A DNA stretch of 24,976 bases, from positions 1 to 24,976 of IMG/VR virus record IMGVR_UViG_3300021082_000090, one strand, 5' to 3'. Positions 1 through 9,208 of this stretch are shown here, piece by piece (the stretch's first letter is position 1; each line of letters starts with the position of its first letter). This DNA is from a virus (lineage: Duplodnaviria > Caudoviricetes). Position numbers and translations under genes: made by a program. The notes beneath the pieces are model-generated. The model saw only the letters and a program-made list of their open reading frames with translations. It did not search any database and was not told where the DNA came from.

Positions 1-108
1 GCGCGGCGAGTACTTCCGCATTTCGTCAAGATTTCAGGCAAATCGACGAATTTCGACCGGTTCAGTTGACATTTGGCCGGGGTTCCCGGCGGGGTTAGGG
101 GTTAGACC

Positions 109-510
109 ATGGGCGGTCGTCGACCAGAACCAACGGCGTTACGAGTCCTCCGCGGGAACCCTGGGAAACGCGGGATCAACCATGCCGAACCGCAGTCCGG
201 ACCGTTGTCACCGGATTGTCCGGACGAATTGACGAACCCGCTCGCGCGCAAGGAATGGGACCGCGTGGCGCCCGCGTTGATTGCGTCGGGCGCGGTCACC
301 GTGGCGGACCGGTCGACCCTGATTGCCTATTGCCAGAAATGGGCGGAATGGTTAGACGCTTCCAAAAAGACAACGACGCGCGACAAGGCGTTGACGCTCA
401 TGTTCCGATTCGCGCAGGACCTGGGCATGACGCCGTCGTCCCGGTCGCGCGTTCATGCGGTTCCAACGGCAACGGGAAAGGGTCAATCATGGGCGGACGT
501 TCTCAAGTAA
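109..510 (+). CDS. terS: Terminase small subunit (P27 family)
   Basis: N-terminal GRRPEPTALRVLRGNPGKR, central AR.EW.RV and D...L..YC, C-terminal LGMTPSSRSRV motif; upstream of terL. Confidence 0.92.
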   Translation: MGGRRPEPTALRVLRGNPGKRGINHAEPQSGPLSPDCPDELTNPLARKEWDRVAPALIASGAVTVADRSTLIAYCQKWAEWLDASKKTTTRDKALTLMFRFAQDLGMTPSSRSRVHAVPTATGKGQSWADVLK

Positions 511-905
511 CCGAAATCCAACCCGATCTACCCTGGACGCCCGACGACCGCGCGTCGTTGGAGCGTATCCGTTCGGTACCCCTTGCGCGGGCGCCGCGAC
601 CGCAACCCGCGCCAGCGGACGCGAGTCCGGCGCCGCCTGTTCAGACCATCCATTCCGTCTTGCGGTACCCGGACGTGATTGTCGCGGTCCCGCGCGTCGT
701 TGCGTCCGCGTATGGGCGGCGACCCTGGGCGGACGTTGTCGCCGCGGCAACCGCCGGGACGGACGGACTCGCGTTCGTCGACCGCCCGCGTTGGTGGCGC
801 GGGTTAGCTTGCGAACCGCCGCCGGACCCGCGTGACGTCGCGTTTCTCGCGGAGGGCGAGGACGATTGGCGCGGGCGGACGGTCCTCTATCAACAGAACT
901 GGTGA
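489..905 (+). CDS. Hypothetical protein between terS and terL (start uncertain)
   Basis: 3' part of ORF 216..905 from ATG 489 fills the gap after terS; its TGA overlaps the next GTG (GTGA). Confidence 0.55.
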   Translation: MGGRSQVTEIQPDLPWTPDDRASLERIRSVPLARAPRPQPAPADASPAPPVQTIHSVLRYPDVIVAVPRVVASAYGRRPWADVVAAATAGTDGLAFVDRPRWWRGLACEPPPDPRDVAFLAEGEDDWRGRTVLYQQNW

Positions 906-1006
906 CCGTGACGCGTCCGGAGGTCATTGGCTGGATCGCCATTGGATTGCAAGTCCTCGCGTTGACGTTGATCGGCGTCGGACTGTGGACGCAGTATGGC
1001 TGTTAA
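902..1006 (+). CDS. 34-aa single-pass membrane peptide
   Basis: GTG start coupled to the upstream stop; MTVTRPEVIGWIAIGLQVLALTLIGVGLWTQYGC, one hydrophobic helix; overlaps the terL start. Not in the ORF track. Confidence 0.6.
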   Translation: MTVTRPEVIGWIAIGLQVLALTLIGVGLWTQYGC

Positions 1007-2531
1007 GACCTCCGCGCAAGCGAAACGCGCGATCAACATCATCAACCGGTTGACGCATACCAAAGGTCCGTTTGCCGGTCAACCGTTCAAGCTCCGACCG
1101 TGGCAAGCGCGGATTGTCCGGCAATTGTTCGCGACGCGCGCGGACGGGTTGCGGCAGTACCGGACCGCGTTGCTGATGTTGCCGCGCAAAAACGGCAAGT
1201 CCGAATTGGCGGGCGCCCTCGCGATTTACTTTCTCCTGTTCGACGGCGAGATTGGCGGCGAGGTCTATTCGGCGGCGGCGGACCGGGAACAGGCGGCGCT
1301 CGTCTTCAACGCGGCGGCGACGATGATTCGCAACGCGCCCGAACTCCTCAACGTCGTCGACATTATCGACTCGCAGAAACGGATCGTCCATCGGCAGTCC
1401 GGATCGTTCTATCGCGCGATTTCCGCCGAGGCGTACAGCAAACATGGGTTCAACGCGAGCGTCGTCATTTACGACGAATTGCATGCGGCGCCGAACCGGG
1501 AACTCTGGGACGTCCTCGCGACGTCGCAGGGCGCGCGGTTGCAACCGTTGATGATGGCGATTACGACCGCGGGGTACGACCGCCATTCGATCCTCTGGGA
1601 GCTGTACGCCCATGCGCGCAAGGTCCTGGAGAACCCCGACCTCGACCCGTCGTTTTTGCCGATCCTGTACGAGGCGCCCGTGGATGCGGACTGGACGGAC
1701 GAATCGGTCTGGAAAGCGGCGAATCCGGCCCTGGGCGATTTTCGGTCCCTCGACGAAATGCGGACCATGGCGGCGCGGGCGCGCGAGATTCCCGCCCAGG
1801 AGAATACGTTTCGCCGCCTGTACTTGAACCAGTGGACCGAACAGGCGAATCGCTGGATCGCAATGCCCGCATGGGACGCATGCCGGGTACCCAGGGACCT
1901 CGACCGCTTGCGCGGGCGCCGTTGCTTCGTCGGCATGGACCTGTCGTCGACAAAAGACTTGACCGCGCTCGTCGCCGTCTTTCCAGACGACGAGGGATTT
2001 GACGTCCTCGCGCGTTGCTTTGTCCCGGCGGACGGCATGCGGACGCGCGGACTCCGGGACCGCGTTCCGTACGAGCAATGGGCGCGCGAGGGTCTGTTGA
2101 CCGCGACGCCGGGACCGTCCGTCGAATACAAGGCGGTTCGCGCGACCCTGCATGAATGGGCGTCCCAGTATGACGTCCGGATGATTGCCTTTGACCAGTG
2201 GAACGCGATCAACCTCGTCGACCAATTGCAAAAGGAGGACGGGTTTACCTGCGTCCCGGTCCGGCAGACGTTCAGCGGATTGGCGGCGCCGACCAAATCC
2301 CTGGAAAAAGCGATCCTGACGCGGACGTTGCGGCATGACGGCGATCCGGTCCTCCGCTGGAACGTCAGCAACGTCGCCGTCGAGTCCGACCCCGCGGGCA
2401 ATCTCAAACCGTCCAAAACCGCGTCGACGGACAAAATCGACGCGGTCGTCGCGTTGATCATGGCGGTCGATTTGTTGGACCGCAACGGGCGAACCCCAAC
2501 CCCGACGTACGACATGGTCATCATCGGATGA
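996..2531 (+). CDS. terL: Terminase large subunit
   Basis: Walker A PRKNGKS, Walker B VVIYDELH, coupling motif ITTAG, nuclease motifs GMDLSSTKDLTA and DKIDAVVA. Confidence 0.97.
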   Translation: MAVKTSAQAKRAINIINRLTHTKGPFAGQPFKLRPWQARIVRQLFATRADGLRQYRTALLMLPRKNGKSELAGALAIYFLLFDGEIGGEVYSAAADREQAALVFNAAATMIRNAPELLNVVDIIDSQKRIVHRQSGSFYRAISAEAYSKHGFNASVVIYDELHAAPNRELWDVLATSQGARLQPLMMAITTAGYDRHSILWELYAHARKVLENPDLDPSFLPILYEAPVDADWTDESVWKAANPALGDFRSLDEMRTMAARAREIPAQENTFRRLYLNQWTEQANRWIAMPAWDACRVPRDLDRLRGRRCFVGMDLSSTKDLTALVAVFPDDEGFDVLARCFVPADGMRTRGLRDRVPYEQWAREGLLTATPGPSVEYKAVRATLHEWASQYDVRMIAFDQWNAINLVDQLQKEDGFTCVPVRQTFSGLAAPTKSLEKAILTRTLRHDGDPVLRWNVSNVAVESDPAGNLKPSKTASTDKIDAVVALIMAVDLLDRNGRTPTPTYDMVIIG

Positions 2532-2728
2532 CGCCGGACGATCCGGACCGCCGCCGCCGCGGGCGTCCGTCCATTGGCGGGACCGACGACCCGTCCGTCC
2601 ATGTGGGTGTCCGGTTGGGGAAAGCGTATTACGACGTTCTCTGTCGACAGGCCAAACGCGAGGGCGTCTCTGTACCTGAGCTTATCCGCCGCGGTCTGAA
2701 TAAAAATCCCAAAAATCGACAATCGTAG
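2528..2728 (+). CDS. Ribbon-helix-helix (CopG/Arc-like) DNA-binding protein
   Basis: ATGA-coupled to terL; RRGRP tail, beta strand VHVGVRL, helices YYDVLCRQAKREG and SVPELIRRGL. Confidence 0.75.
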   Translation: MTPDDPDRRRRGRPSIGGTDDPSVHVGVRLGKAYYDVLCRQAKREGVSVPELIRRGLNKNPKNRQS

Positions 2729-2759
2729 AAACCCGTGCGATGGTTGCGGTCCCAACGAT

Positions 2760-4592
2760 ATGGACCGCGCATACGCCCTCCTCGACGTCAAATCGGTCGC
2801 GACCGACCGTCGCACGTTTGCGGGTATGGCGTCGACGCCGGAGCTTGACCGGCAAGGCGACCTCGTCGACCCCGCGGGCGTCACGTTCCGCAATCCCCTG
2901 CCGTTGCTGTTCCACCATGACCGCAAGCAACCGGTCGGGACGGTGACGTTGACCAAACTCGCGTCCGGGATTGCGTTTGAGGCGTCGCTCCCGACCATTG
3001 ACGATCCGGGCGTCCTCAAGGACCGCGTCGACGAGGCGTGGCAATCCATCAAGGCGGGACTGTTGACCGGCGTCTCCATCGGGTTTCGCATCCTGGAGGA
3101 CGGCGTCGAGTACCTCAAAAGCGGCGGCCGGCGTCTCCGCGCGACGGAAATTTGCGAACTCAGTCTGGTCACGATTCCCGCGAACGCCAACGCGACCATC
3201 CTCACGGTTAAGTCATTGGCGGCGCCGCCGCCGCGAAAGGAACGTCCCGCCATGGCCACGACAACGACGACGGAACATGTCACTAACCTAGAAAACAAAC
3301 GCGCCGCGCTCCTGGGACGGATGACGGACATCATGGACACCGCCGCCGCGGACGCGTCGACGCTCGACGACGCCGCCGCGACCGAACATGACGACCTCGC
3401 GGTCCAGGTCAAGTCCATCGACGCGGACCTCGTTCGCTGGCGGGAACTCGACAAGATGCAGGCGGCGGCGGCGAAACCCGTTCCGCCCGCGCCCGGAGGT
3501 CTCGTCGTCCCGCCGCGTCCCGTGATTTCGGTCCGGGCGAACGTCGAACCCGGAACCGGTTTTATCCGGTACTGTCAGGCCCTCGCGGTCGCCAACGGGT
3601 CGCCCATGCAAGCGTTGGAGTACGCCAAACGCTGGCACGATTCGACGCCGGAGGTCGAACTGGTCCTCAAGGCGGCGGTCGCTGCCGGGACAACGACGGA
3701 CGCGACCTGGGCGGGACCGCTGGCGCCCATCAAACCGTTGACGGACGAATTTATCGCCTTTCTGCGACCCGCGACGATCCTGGGCAAAATTCCGGACTTT
3801 ATGAAAGTCCCGTTCAATGTCTCCGTTGGCGCGCAGACGGGCGGCGGAACGTACGCGTGGGTCGGACAGGGCGCGCCCAAACCGGTCGGCAAACTCGCGT
3901 TTACGACCGTGACCCTGGGCATTACCAAATGCGCGGGCATCATCGTCATTACCGAGGAACTCGCGCGCAATTCGACGCCGGACGCGGAAGCGGTCATCCG
4001 GCGCGACATGATCAACGGAATCGCGCAGTTTCTCGACAGTGAATTTATCGACCCGACGAAGGCGGCGGTCGCGGGCGTCTCGCCCGGATCGGTGACCAAC
4101 GGCGTGACCCCGATCACGACCGCGGGTACCTCGCCCGCCAACGCGCGGACGGACATTCAGGCCCTCGCGAACGCCATGGCTGCCGCGAACATTTCGTCCG
4201 CGGGCGCGATCCTCGTGATGTCCGAGACCAACGCCAGCGCGTTGACCAACGCCCTCAACCCGTTGGGACAGCAACTGTTTCCGGGCATGGCGCAGTCCGG
4301 CGGGACGATCATGGGGTACCGCGCGATTACGTCCCAGATTGCCGGGACGACGGTCGCCATGATGAAACCGGATCAGATTCTGTACGCCGACGACGGCGGC
4401 GTGACGATTGACGTTTCGCGCGAGGCGTCGTTGCAGATGGACTCCGCGCCCATGGCGGTCCCGGACGCGACGGTCGTCCTGACGTCCCTCTGGCAGATGA
4501 ACTACGTCGGTCTGAGGGCCGAGCGGTTCATCAATTGGAAAAAGGCGCGAACGGGCGTCGTCCAGTACACCGTCGCGACCTACACCGCGTAA
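2760..4592 (+). CDS. HK97-type prohead protease / scaffold / major capsid fusion protein
   Basis: Protease motifs DRQGDLV, PLLFHHD, VSIGF and ELSLVTIPAN; coiled-coil delta-like segment; HK97 capsid motifs AWVGQGAPKP, GIIVITEEL and VGLRAERFINW. Confidence 0.93.
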   Translation: MDRAYALLDVKSVATDRRTFAGMASTPELDRQGDLVDPAGVTFRNPLPLLFHHDRKQPVGTVTLTKLASGIAFEASLPTIDDPGVLKDRVDEAWQSIKAGLLTGVSIGFRILEDGVEYLKSGGRRLRATEICELSLVTIPANANATILTVKSLAAPPPRKERPAMATTTTTEHVTNLENKRAALLGRMTDIMDTAAADASTLDDAAATEHDDLAVQVKSIDADLVRWRELDKMQAAAAKPVPPAPGGLVVPPRPVISVRANVEPGTGFIRYCQALAVANGSPMQALEYAKRWHDSTPEVELVLKAAVAAGTTTDATWAGPLAPIKPLTDEFIAFLRPATILGKIPDFMKVPFNVSVGAQTGGGTYAWVGQGAPKPVGKLAFTTVTLGITKCAGIIVITEELARNSTPDAEAVIRRDMINGIAQFLDSEFIDPTKAAVAGVSPGSVTNGVTPITTAGTSPANARTDIQALANAMAAANISSAGAILVMSETNASALTNALNPLGQQLFPGMAQSGGTIMGYRAITSQIAGTTVAMMKPDQILYADDGGVTIDVSREASLQMDSAPMAVPDATVVLTSLWQMNYVGLRAERFINWKKARTGVVQYTVATYTA

Positions 4593-4810
4593 TGCCGACG
4601 ATGACCGTGATTCGCGAGGGGTACTGGAACGGACGGTACCCCCGTCCCGGCGAGGCGATTGACGTCCCGGACGAATGGGTCGAGACGTTGGAAACCGCGC
4701 GATTCGCAACGAGGGAACAACCATGGCCGGAGACTCGCTCGACGTTACCTCCCGCATCTGGCATACCGAAAACGGCGTCGCTCACCCTGAAGGGGAAACG
4801 TACGCCGTAA
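4592..4810 (+). CDS. Small head-associated protein
   Basis: TAATG coupling to the capsid stop; motif NG....GE.I.V.DE...L...F seen in small post-capsid genes. Confidence 0.6.
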   Translation: MPTMTVIREGYWNGRYPRPGEAIDVPDEWVETLETARFATREQPWPETRSTLPPASGIPKTASLTLKGKRTP

Positions 4811-4932
4811 CCGATCCGGTCCTCGCGGAGACGTTGCGCGCCATCGGGTTTGTCTCCCTGGTCGGCTGGACGCCGGACCCGCCGCCGATTGAGGGTCGCA
4901 AAACCGAGGGTCGCGAGACGGAGAGGCGCTAA
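4723..4932 (+). CDS. Small head-associated protein, paralogous to 4592..4810
   Basis: GAGGGA RBS before ATG 4723; motif ENG....GETYAVTD..AETL...GF. Confidence 0.65.
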   Translation: MAGDSLDVTSRIWHTENGVAHPEGETYAVTDPVLAETLRAIGFVSLVGWTPDPPPIEGRKTEGRETERR

Positions 4933-4937
4933 CCGGC

Positions 4938-6275
4938 ATGGGGGTCTTCTCGACGCTCCGGACCCGGATCGGGTCGGCGTTTGCGGCGCCCGTCCGCGCC
5001 GCCGGACAGGGCGCATGGGTACCGGTTGTCCGCGAGACGTATCCGGGCGCATGGCAGGAAAACGCGGACCCCATTGCGCTCGATACCGCGTTGTCCAATC
5101 CGACCGTCTTTCGGTGTGTCTCGTTGATCGCGGGCGACATTGGCAAAACCCCCTTGCGTCTGGTCGCCCTCGACGACGACGGGATTTGGACGGAGACGTC
5201 CTCTCCCGCCTTTTCGCCCGTCCTCCGGAAACCGAACCGGTACCAGAACATCGGGCAGTTTCTGGAATCGTGGATGTTAAGCAAATTGCTCTGGGGCAAT
5301 GCCTACATCCTCAAGGACCGGGACGCGCGCGGCGTCGTCGTCGCGTTGTACGTCCTCGACCCGACCGGCGTCCAACCGCTCGTCGCACCGGACGGCGCGG
5401 TCTGGTACCAGTTGAACCGGTCCGACCTCGCGGGTCTCGCGGAGGGCGAGCTGGCCGCGCCCGCGCGCGACATCATCCATGACCGCTGGAATTGCGCGTT
5501 CCATCCCTTGGTCGGGTTGTCGCCGCTCTACGCATGCGGCGGCGCCGCGTACGAGGCGAACCAGATTCAACGCTCGTCGTCGGATTTTTTCAGCAAAGGC
5601 GGACGCCCGTCCGGACTCCTGGTCGCGCCAACCGAAATCGACGACCTCGCCGCGCAACGGTTGTCGACGAAATGGCATGGACTGGGTCCGGGCAAAACCG
5701 CCGTCGTCGGGAACGGGATGAAATACCAGGACATTGGGACGTCTGCGGTGGACAGCCAATTGACGGAGCAACAGGGCGCGACGGTCGCAACGATTGCCGG
5801 ATGCTTTGGCGTCCCGCTCGTCTACGTCGATTCGTCGAAGCAACCGCCCTACGCCAATTCGGAAGCGACGCAATTGCAGTATCACGCGGAATGTCTCCAG
5901 GTCCATATGGTCGGCATTGAACGCGCCCTCGACGAGGGATTGGAACTCCCGACGCCGTACGGGACGGAATTTGACGTGGACTTTTTGCTCTGGATGGATA
6001 CCGCGACGAAAACCGCCGCCGCCAAGGACGGCATTGCGTCCGGGGGTCTCACGATCAACGAGGCGCGGAAAAAGTACTACGGACTGGGACCGGTTCCCGG
6101 CGGCGAGTCCTGTTACCTGCAACAACAGATGTTCTCGCTCGACGCGTTGGCCGAACGGGACGCCGCGTCGCCGTTCAGTAAGCCGACGCCCGCGCCCGCG
6201 GCGCCAACCTTGCCGCCGGTCAATCCCTCCGAGGAGGACGTTGCCGCGACGGTCGGCGCGTTGTCGGAGTCCTGA
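4938..6275 (+). CDS. Portal protein (HK97 family)
   Basis: TVFRCVSLIAGDI, LRKPNRYQ, LLWGNAY, IIHDR, VGLSPL, IAGCFGVP, G.LTINEAR...GLGPVPGG. Confidence 0.95.
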   Translation: MGVFSTLRTRIGSAFAAPVRAAGQGAWVPVVRETYPGAWQENADPIALDTALSNPTVFRCVSLIAGDIGKTPLRLVALDDDGIWTETSSPAFSPVLRKPNRYQNIGQFLESWMLSKLLWGNAYILKDRDARGVVVALYVLDPTGVQPLVAPDGAVWYQLNRSDLAGLAEGELAAPARDIIHDRWNCAFHPLVGLSPLYACGGAAYEANQIQRSSSDFFSKGGRPSGLLVAPTEIDDLAAQRLSTKWHGLGPGKTAVVGNGMKYQDIGTSAVDSQLTEQQGATVATIAGCFGVPLVYVDSSKQPPYANSEATQLQYHAECLQVHMVGIERALDEGLELPTPYGTEFDVDFLLWMDTATKTAAAKDGIASGGLTINEARKKYYGLGPVPGGESCYLQQQMFSLDALAERDAASPFSKPTPAPAAPTLPPVNPSEEDVAATVGALSES

Positions 6276-6276
6276 T

Positions 6277-6627
6277 ATGGCGTTGGAGTACTCGCATGAC
6301 GCCGTCCGCGCCGTCGTCCCGCCGCTCGTCACGTTGGCGGACGCGAAGGTCCATCTCCGCGTGACCGATTCCGCGCATGACGCGGACGTGAGCGACAAGC
6401 TCGCGGTCGCGCAAGCCTGGGTCCTCGCGTACATGGGTCCCGCGGGCGATACGACCTGGACGTCGACGACGGCGCCCACACCGGTCATCCATGCGATCAA
6501 GATTGTTTTGACGCTCCTGTACGAACACCGCGGCGACGACATGGACTCCGGAACGTCCTCCGCGGAGGCGACCTGGGGTCATATCCGGACCCTCCTGTCC
6601 GGATTCCGCGATCCGACGTTGGCGTAA
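6277..6627 (+). CDS. Head-tail connector (HK97 gp6-like adaptor)
   Basis: LVTLADAKVHLRV, D...SDKL..A, AIKIVLTLLYEHRG; ATG 6277 directly after the portal stop. Confidence 0.88.
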   Translation: MALEYSHDAVRAVVPPLVTLADAKVHLRVTDSAHDADVSDKLAVAQAWVLAYMGPAGDTTWTSTTAPTPVIHAIKIVLTLLYEHRGDDMDSGTSSAEATWGHIRTLLSGFRDPTLA

Positions 6628-6629
6628 TC

Positions 6630-6968
6630 ATGCCCGCGGTTGGTACCTACCGTCATCGGGTCACGTTGACCAATCCCGGATCGCCGGTCCCGGACCCGGA
6701 CGGCGGGTGGTCGGAGACCCCGGTACCCCTGGTCCCGCCGTCCTGGGATTGCTCCATCGAACAGGCATCCGCGCGAACCCTGGAATCCATCGGCGCGGGG
6801 TCGGTCCTCGCGCAAGCGACGCATCTGGTCCGCGGGCGCTTCCATCCAGGGATTACGACGCAGACGCGCGTCACGTTCGGCGCGCGGACGTTGTCGGTCC
6901 TGTTTGTGGCGAATCGCGACGAACGGAACATCGAGACCGATTTAGTGTGCGCGGAGGTCGTTACGTGA
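6630..6968 (+). CDS. Head closure / head-tail joining protein (SPP1 gp16-like)
   Basis: G.YRHRVTL, D.DGG, THLVRGRFHPGITT..RV.FG.R, terminal LVCAE. Confidence 0.85.
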   Translation: MPAVGTYRHRVTLTNPGSPVPDPDGGWSETPVPLVPPSWDCSIEQASARTLESIGAGSVLAQATHLVRGRFHPGITTQTRVTFGARTLSVLFVANRDERNIETDLVCAEVVT

Positions 6969-7024
6969 AACAGCGTAACGACCTCGAGGTCGACGCCGGC
7001 GAAAATCGTTGGGGTTCAAAGTAA

Positions 7025-7414
7025 ATGGGTCTCCGATGGACGGGACTGGACGAATACCGGGACGCCCTCGCGGCATGGCCGGGACTCGCGGCGGCGGACG
7101 CGGCGAATCAGGTCGAACGCGCGGCGGAATCCGCATACGAAACGATCCGATCGCGGTACACGGTCGTCACGGGACATTTGCGCGACAGTCTCCAACGCGC
7201 GGACGTCACCAAAGACGCCATGAAACCTAGTTGGCGCGTCTGGAATGACGCGATCTATGCGCGCGTCTGGGAGTCCGGCGGCATGACGACCGCGGGTCCC
7301 TCGACGCCCGGAAAGAATTTCATTCCGAACATGCAGCGCCAACGCACGGACCTCCGCGGCGACTTGATCGAAATCGTGAAGACGGGCGCCGAACGCGTCA
7401 CGGTCAACGAATGA
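7025..7414 (+). CDS. HK97 gp10-like neck / tail completion protein
   Basis: GLDE...L, TGHLRDS and YARVWESG motifs; synteny. Confidence 0.75.
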   Translation: MGLRWTGLDEYRDALAAWPGLAAADAANQVERAAESAYETIRSRYTVVTGHLRDSLQRADVTKDAMKPSWRVWNDAIYARVWESGGMTTAGPSTPGKNFIPNMQRQRTDLRGDLIEIVKTGAERVTVNE

Positions 7415-7878
7415 CGCATCCGGACTCCGGCAAGATTTCGTCCGCGCTCGTCGCCGCCTTGCAAGCGGACGCGACCCTCGCGGGACTGATGCCCGACGGG
7501 GTCTGGTACGGCGTCGCGGCGCCAGGACTCCAACGGTTCGTCCTGGTCACGTTGATGATCGGAACGGACTCCGGCGTATTCGGGACGCGCGCGATTGAAG
7601 AACGGTTGTATGTGGTCAAAGCGGTTGGGTTGTCGCGCGTCGTCAATATCGCGACCATGAAATCCGCCGCACACCGCATTGACGAATTGCTCGACCTGGA
7701 GACGTTGCCGATTGCGGACTTTAGTTGGATGGACTGCGTCCGCGAGGAACCCTTAGAGGACCCCGTACCCGATCCGCTCGACCCGTCGTTGGTCTGGCAC
7801 CACTACGGCGGGCAGTACCGCATACAGGTTAGTTGGCCGGACCCCGTTCCGGCGGGAGAGGACGCACATGTCGATTAA
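7411..7878 (+). CDS. Tail terminator protein (DUF3168-like)
   Basis: ALVAALQADATLAGL..GVWY..AP...FV; lies immediately before the tail tube; ATGA coupled. Confidence 0.75.
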   Translation: MTHPDSGKISSALVAALQADATLAGLMPDGVWYGVAAPGLQRFVLVTLMIGTDSGVFGTRAIEERLYVVKAVGLSRVVNIATMKSAAHRIDELLDLETLPIADFSWMDCVREEPLEDPVPDPLDPSLVWHHYGGQYRIQVSWPDPVPAGEDAHVD

Positions 7879-8470
7879 ATCCGGACGGTACGGCAAGGTG
7901 GCGTGGGACGCCGCGGGCGGGTCCGCGCTCGTCCAGATCATTTCGATCAATTCCTGGAAAGCCTCGTTTGCGACGGATTACGAGGACGTTAGTTGTTTTG
8001 GCGATACAAATCGGGTCTACGTTCCGGGCGGACTGATGGATATCGGCGGCGATTTCAGTGGATTTTGGAACTCCGCGGAACTCGCGTTGTTCAAAGCGGC
8101 GACCGCGGCAACCCCTGGAACGTTGCAGCTCATGCCGAATACGACGGAGTCCGCGTTTTTCTGGCAGGGTCCCGCGTACATGGATGCGGACATTGATTGT
8201 TCGTTGTCCGCGCCCAAAGTGACTGGGACCTTCAAAGCGTCGGGACCGTGGACCTCGCCCGGACAGGTCATGGCGACCGGCGCGGGACCGGGTACCGGCA
8301 ACGGGACGTTTACGCCCGCGAACGCGACGCCGCCGACGAATTTTGCCGCGTTGACCGGCGTGACCGCGAACCCCGCGACCAATTGGACGTCGGGTCAATT
8401 TATCCAACTGGCGGACGGGACCCGCGCCAACTGGAACGGGACCGCATGGGTCGCGGGCGTCCACGCGTAA
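7868..8470 (+). CDS. Major tail (tube) protein with a C-terminal appendage
   Basis: SW.ASF..D..DVSCFGD...YVPG..D..G.FSGFW beta-rich tube pattern; GGAGAGGA RBS; synteny. Confidence 0.85.
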   Translation: MSIKSGRYGKVAWDAAGGSALVQIISINSWKASFATDYEDVSCFGDTNRVYVPGGLMDIGGDFSGFWNSAELALFKAATAATPGTLQLMPNTTESAFFWQGPAYMDADIDCSLSAPKVTGTFKASGPWTSPGQVMATGAGPGTGNGTFTPANATPPTNFAALTGVTANPATNWTSGQFIQLADGTRANWNGTAWVAGVHA

Positions 8471-8473
8471 GCG

Positions 8474-8749
8474 ATGCTGTTCGACGAGGTCGCGTTGCGC
8501 GGGTTGGAGGGTACCGTCGTCTGGGGGTACCACACGGCGGCGGTTTGCCGGACCTGGGTCGCGCGACGGATCGTCGGCGGGCAGTGGACCTTGACCGCGT
8601 CCGTCGTTCGGGCGGACGCGTTCCAATTGCGGCAACGGGATTTGAAATTTACCGCGCCGCGGGTCGGCGGGTTTTTCTGTTGGCCGATTGTCGCGGTCTC
8701 CCAGACCGGGACGACCTTGGCGGCGACGTTAGGACCGCCGGAAAGTTAA
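8474..8749 (+). CDS. Hypothetical tail-region protein
   Basis: Fills the gap between the tube and chaperone genes exactly (3-bp spacers); beta-rich. Confidence 0.7.
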   Translation: MLFDEVALRGLEGTVVWGYHTAAVCRTWVARRIVGGQWTLTASVVRADAFQLRQRDLKFTAPRVGGFFCWPIVAVSQTGTTLAATLGPPES

Positions 8750-8752
8750 GCC

Positions 8753-9208
8753 ATGCCGCGTTCGCGTTTTGTGCAACCGCAAACGACGATCCTCACGTTG
8801 GGCAACGGCGATACCCTCGTCGTCCGGCGGCGTCTCAACGTCGGCGAACAACGCGCGTCGTACCGTCTCTGTTCGGACGTCGTCGAACAACCGGACGGGA
8901 CGGTCAAGCTCGTTCCCAATCCGTTGATGATCGGCATGGCGAAGGTCGCTGCGTACCTCGTCGACTGGAACTTGGCGGGCGACGACGAACCGATTCGCGG
9001 TCTCGACCTCGCGCAACGGATCGCGGTCCTCGACAACATGGACCCCGCGTCGTTTGACGAACTCAAGACGGCGGTCGACGCCCATGAGTCCGCCGCGGTC
9101 GCGGACCGTCTCGCGGAAAAAAAAATCCTGACTGGCTCGACCAACGCCGATCCGACCTTGGACTCGCCGTCCGTTGCGGTTGGCGCGTCGACTGGGTCCG
9201 CGAGCTAG
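8753..9208 (+). CDS. Tail assembly chaperone (gpG-like)
   Basis: Position before the tape measure gene; LVDWNL motif; slippery A9 tract near the 3' end. Confidence 0.85.
   Translation: MPRSRFVQPQTTILTLGNGDTLVVRRRLNVGEQRASYRLCSDVVEQPDGTVKLVPNPLMIGMAKVAAYLVDWNLAGDDEPIRGLDLAQRIAVLDNMDPASFDELKTAVDAHESAAVADRLAEKKILTGSTNADPTLDSPSVAVGASTGSAS

Noticed and set aside
76-113. Telomere-like GGGGTTAGGGGTTAG and a possible G-quadruplex at the terS start
   Set aside because: Only two units and long loops, with a competing GCCGGG/CCCGGC hairpin; more simply the RBS region.
924-6542. Long minus-strand ORFs (924..2336, 1469..3454, 3288..4757, 5277..6542) and similar ones elsewhere (11358..12536, 17411..18772)
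   Set aside because: Antisense shadows of well-supported plus-strand genes in high-GC DNA; Arg/Ser-rich with no motifs.
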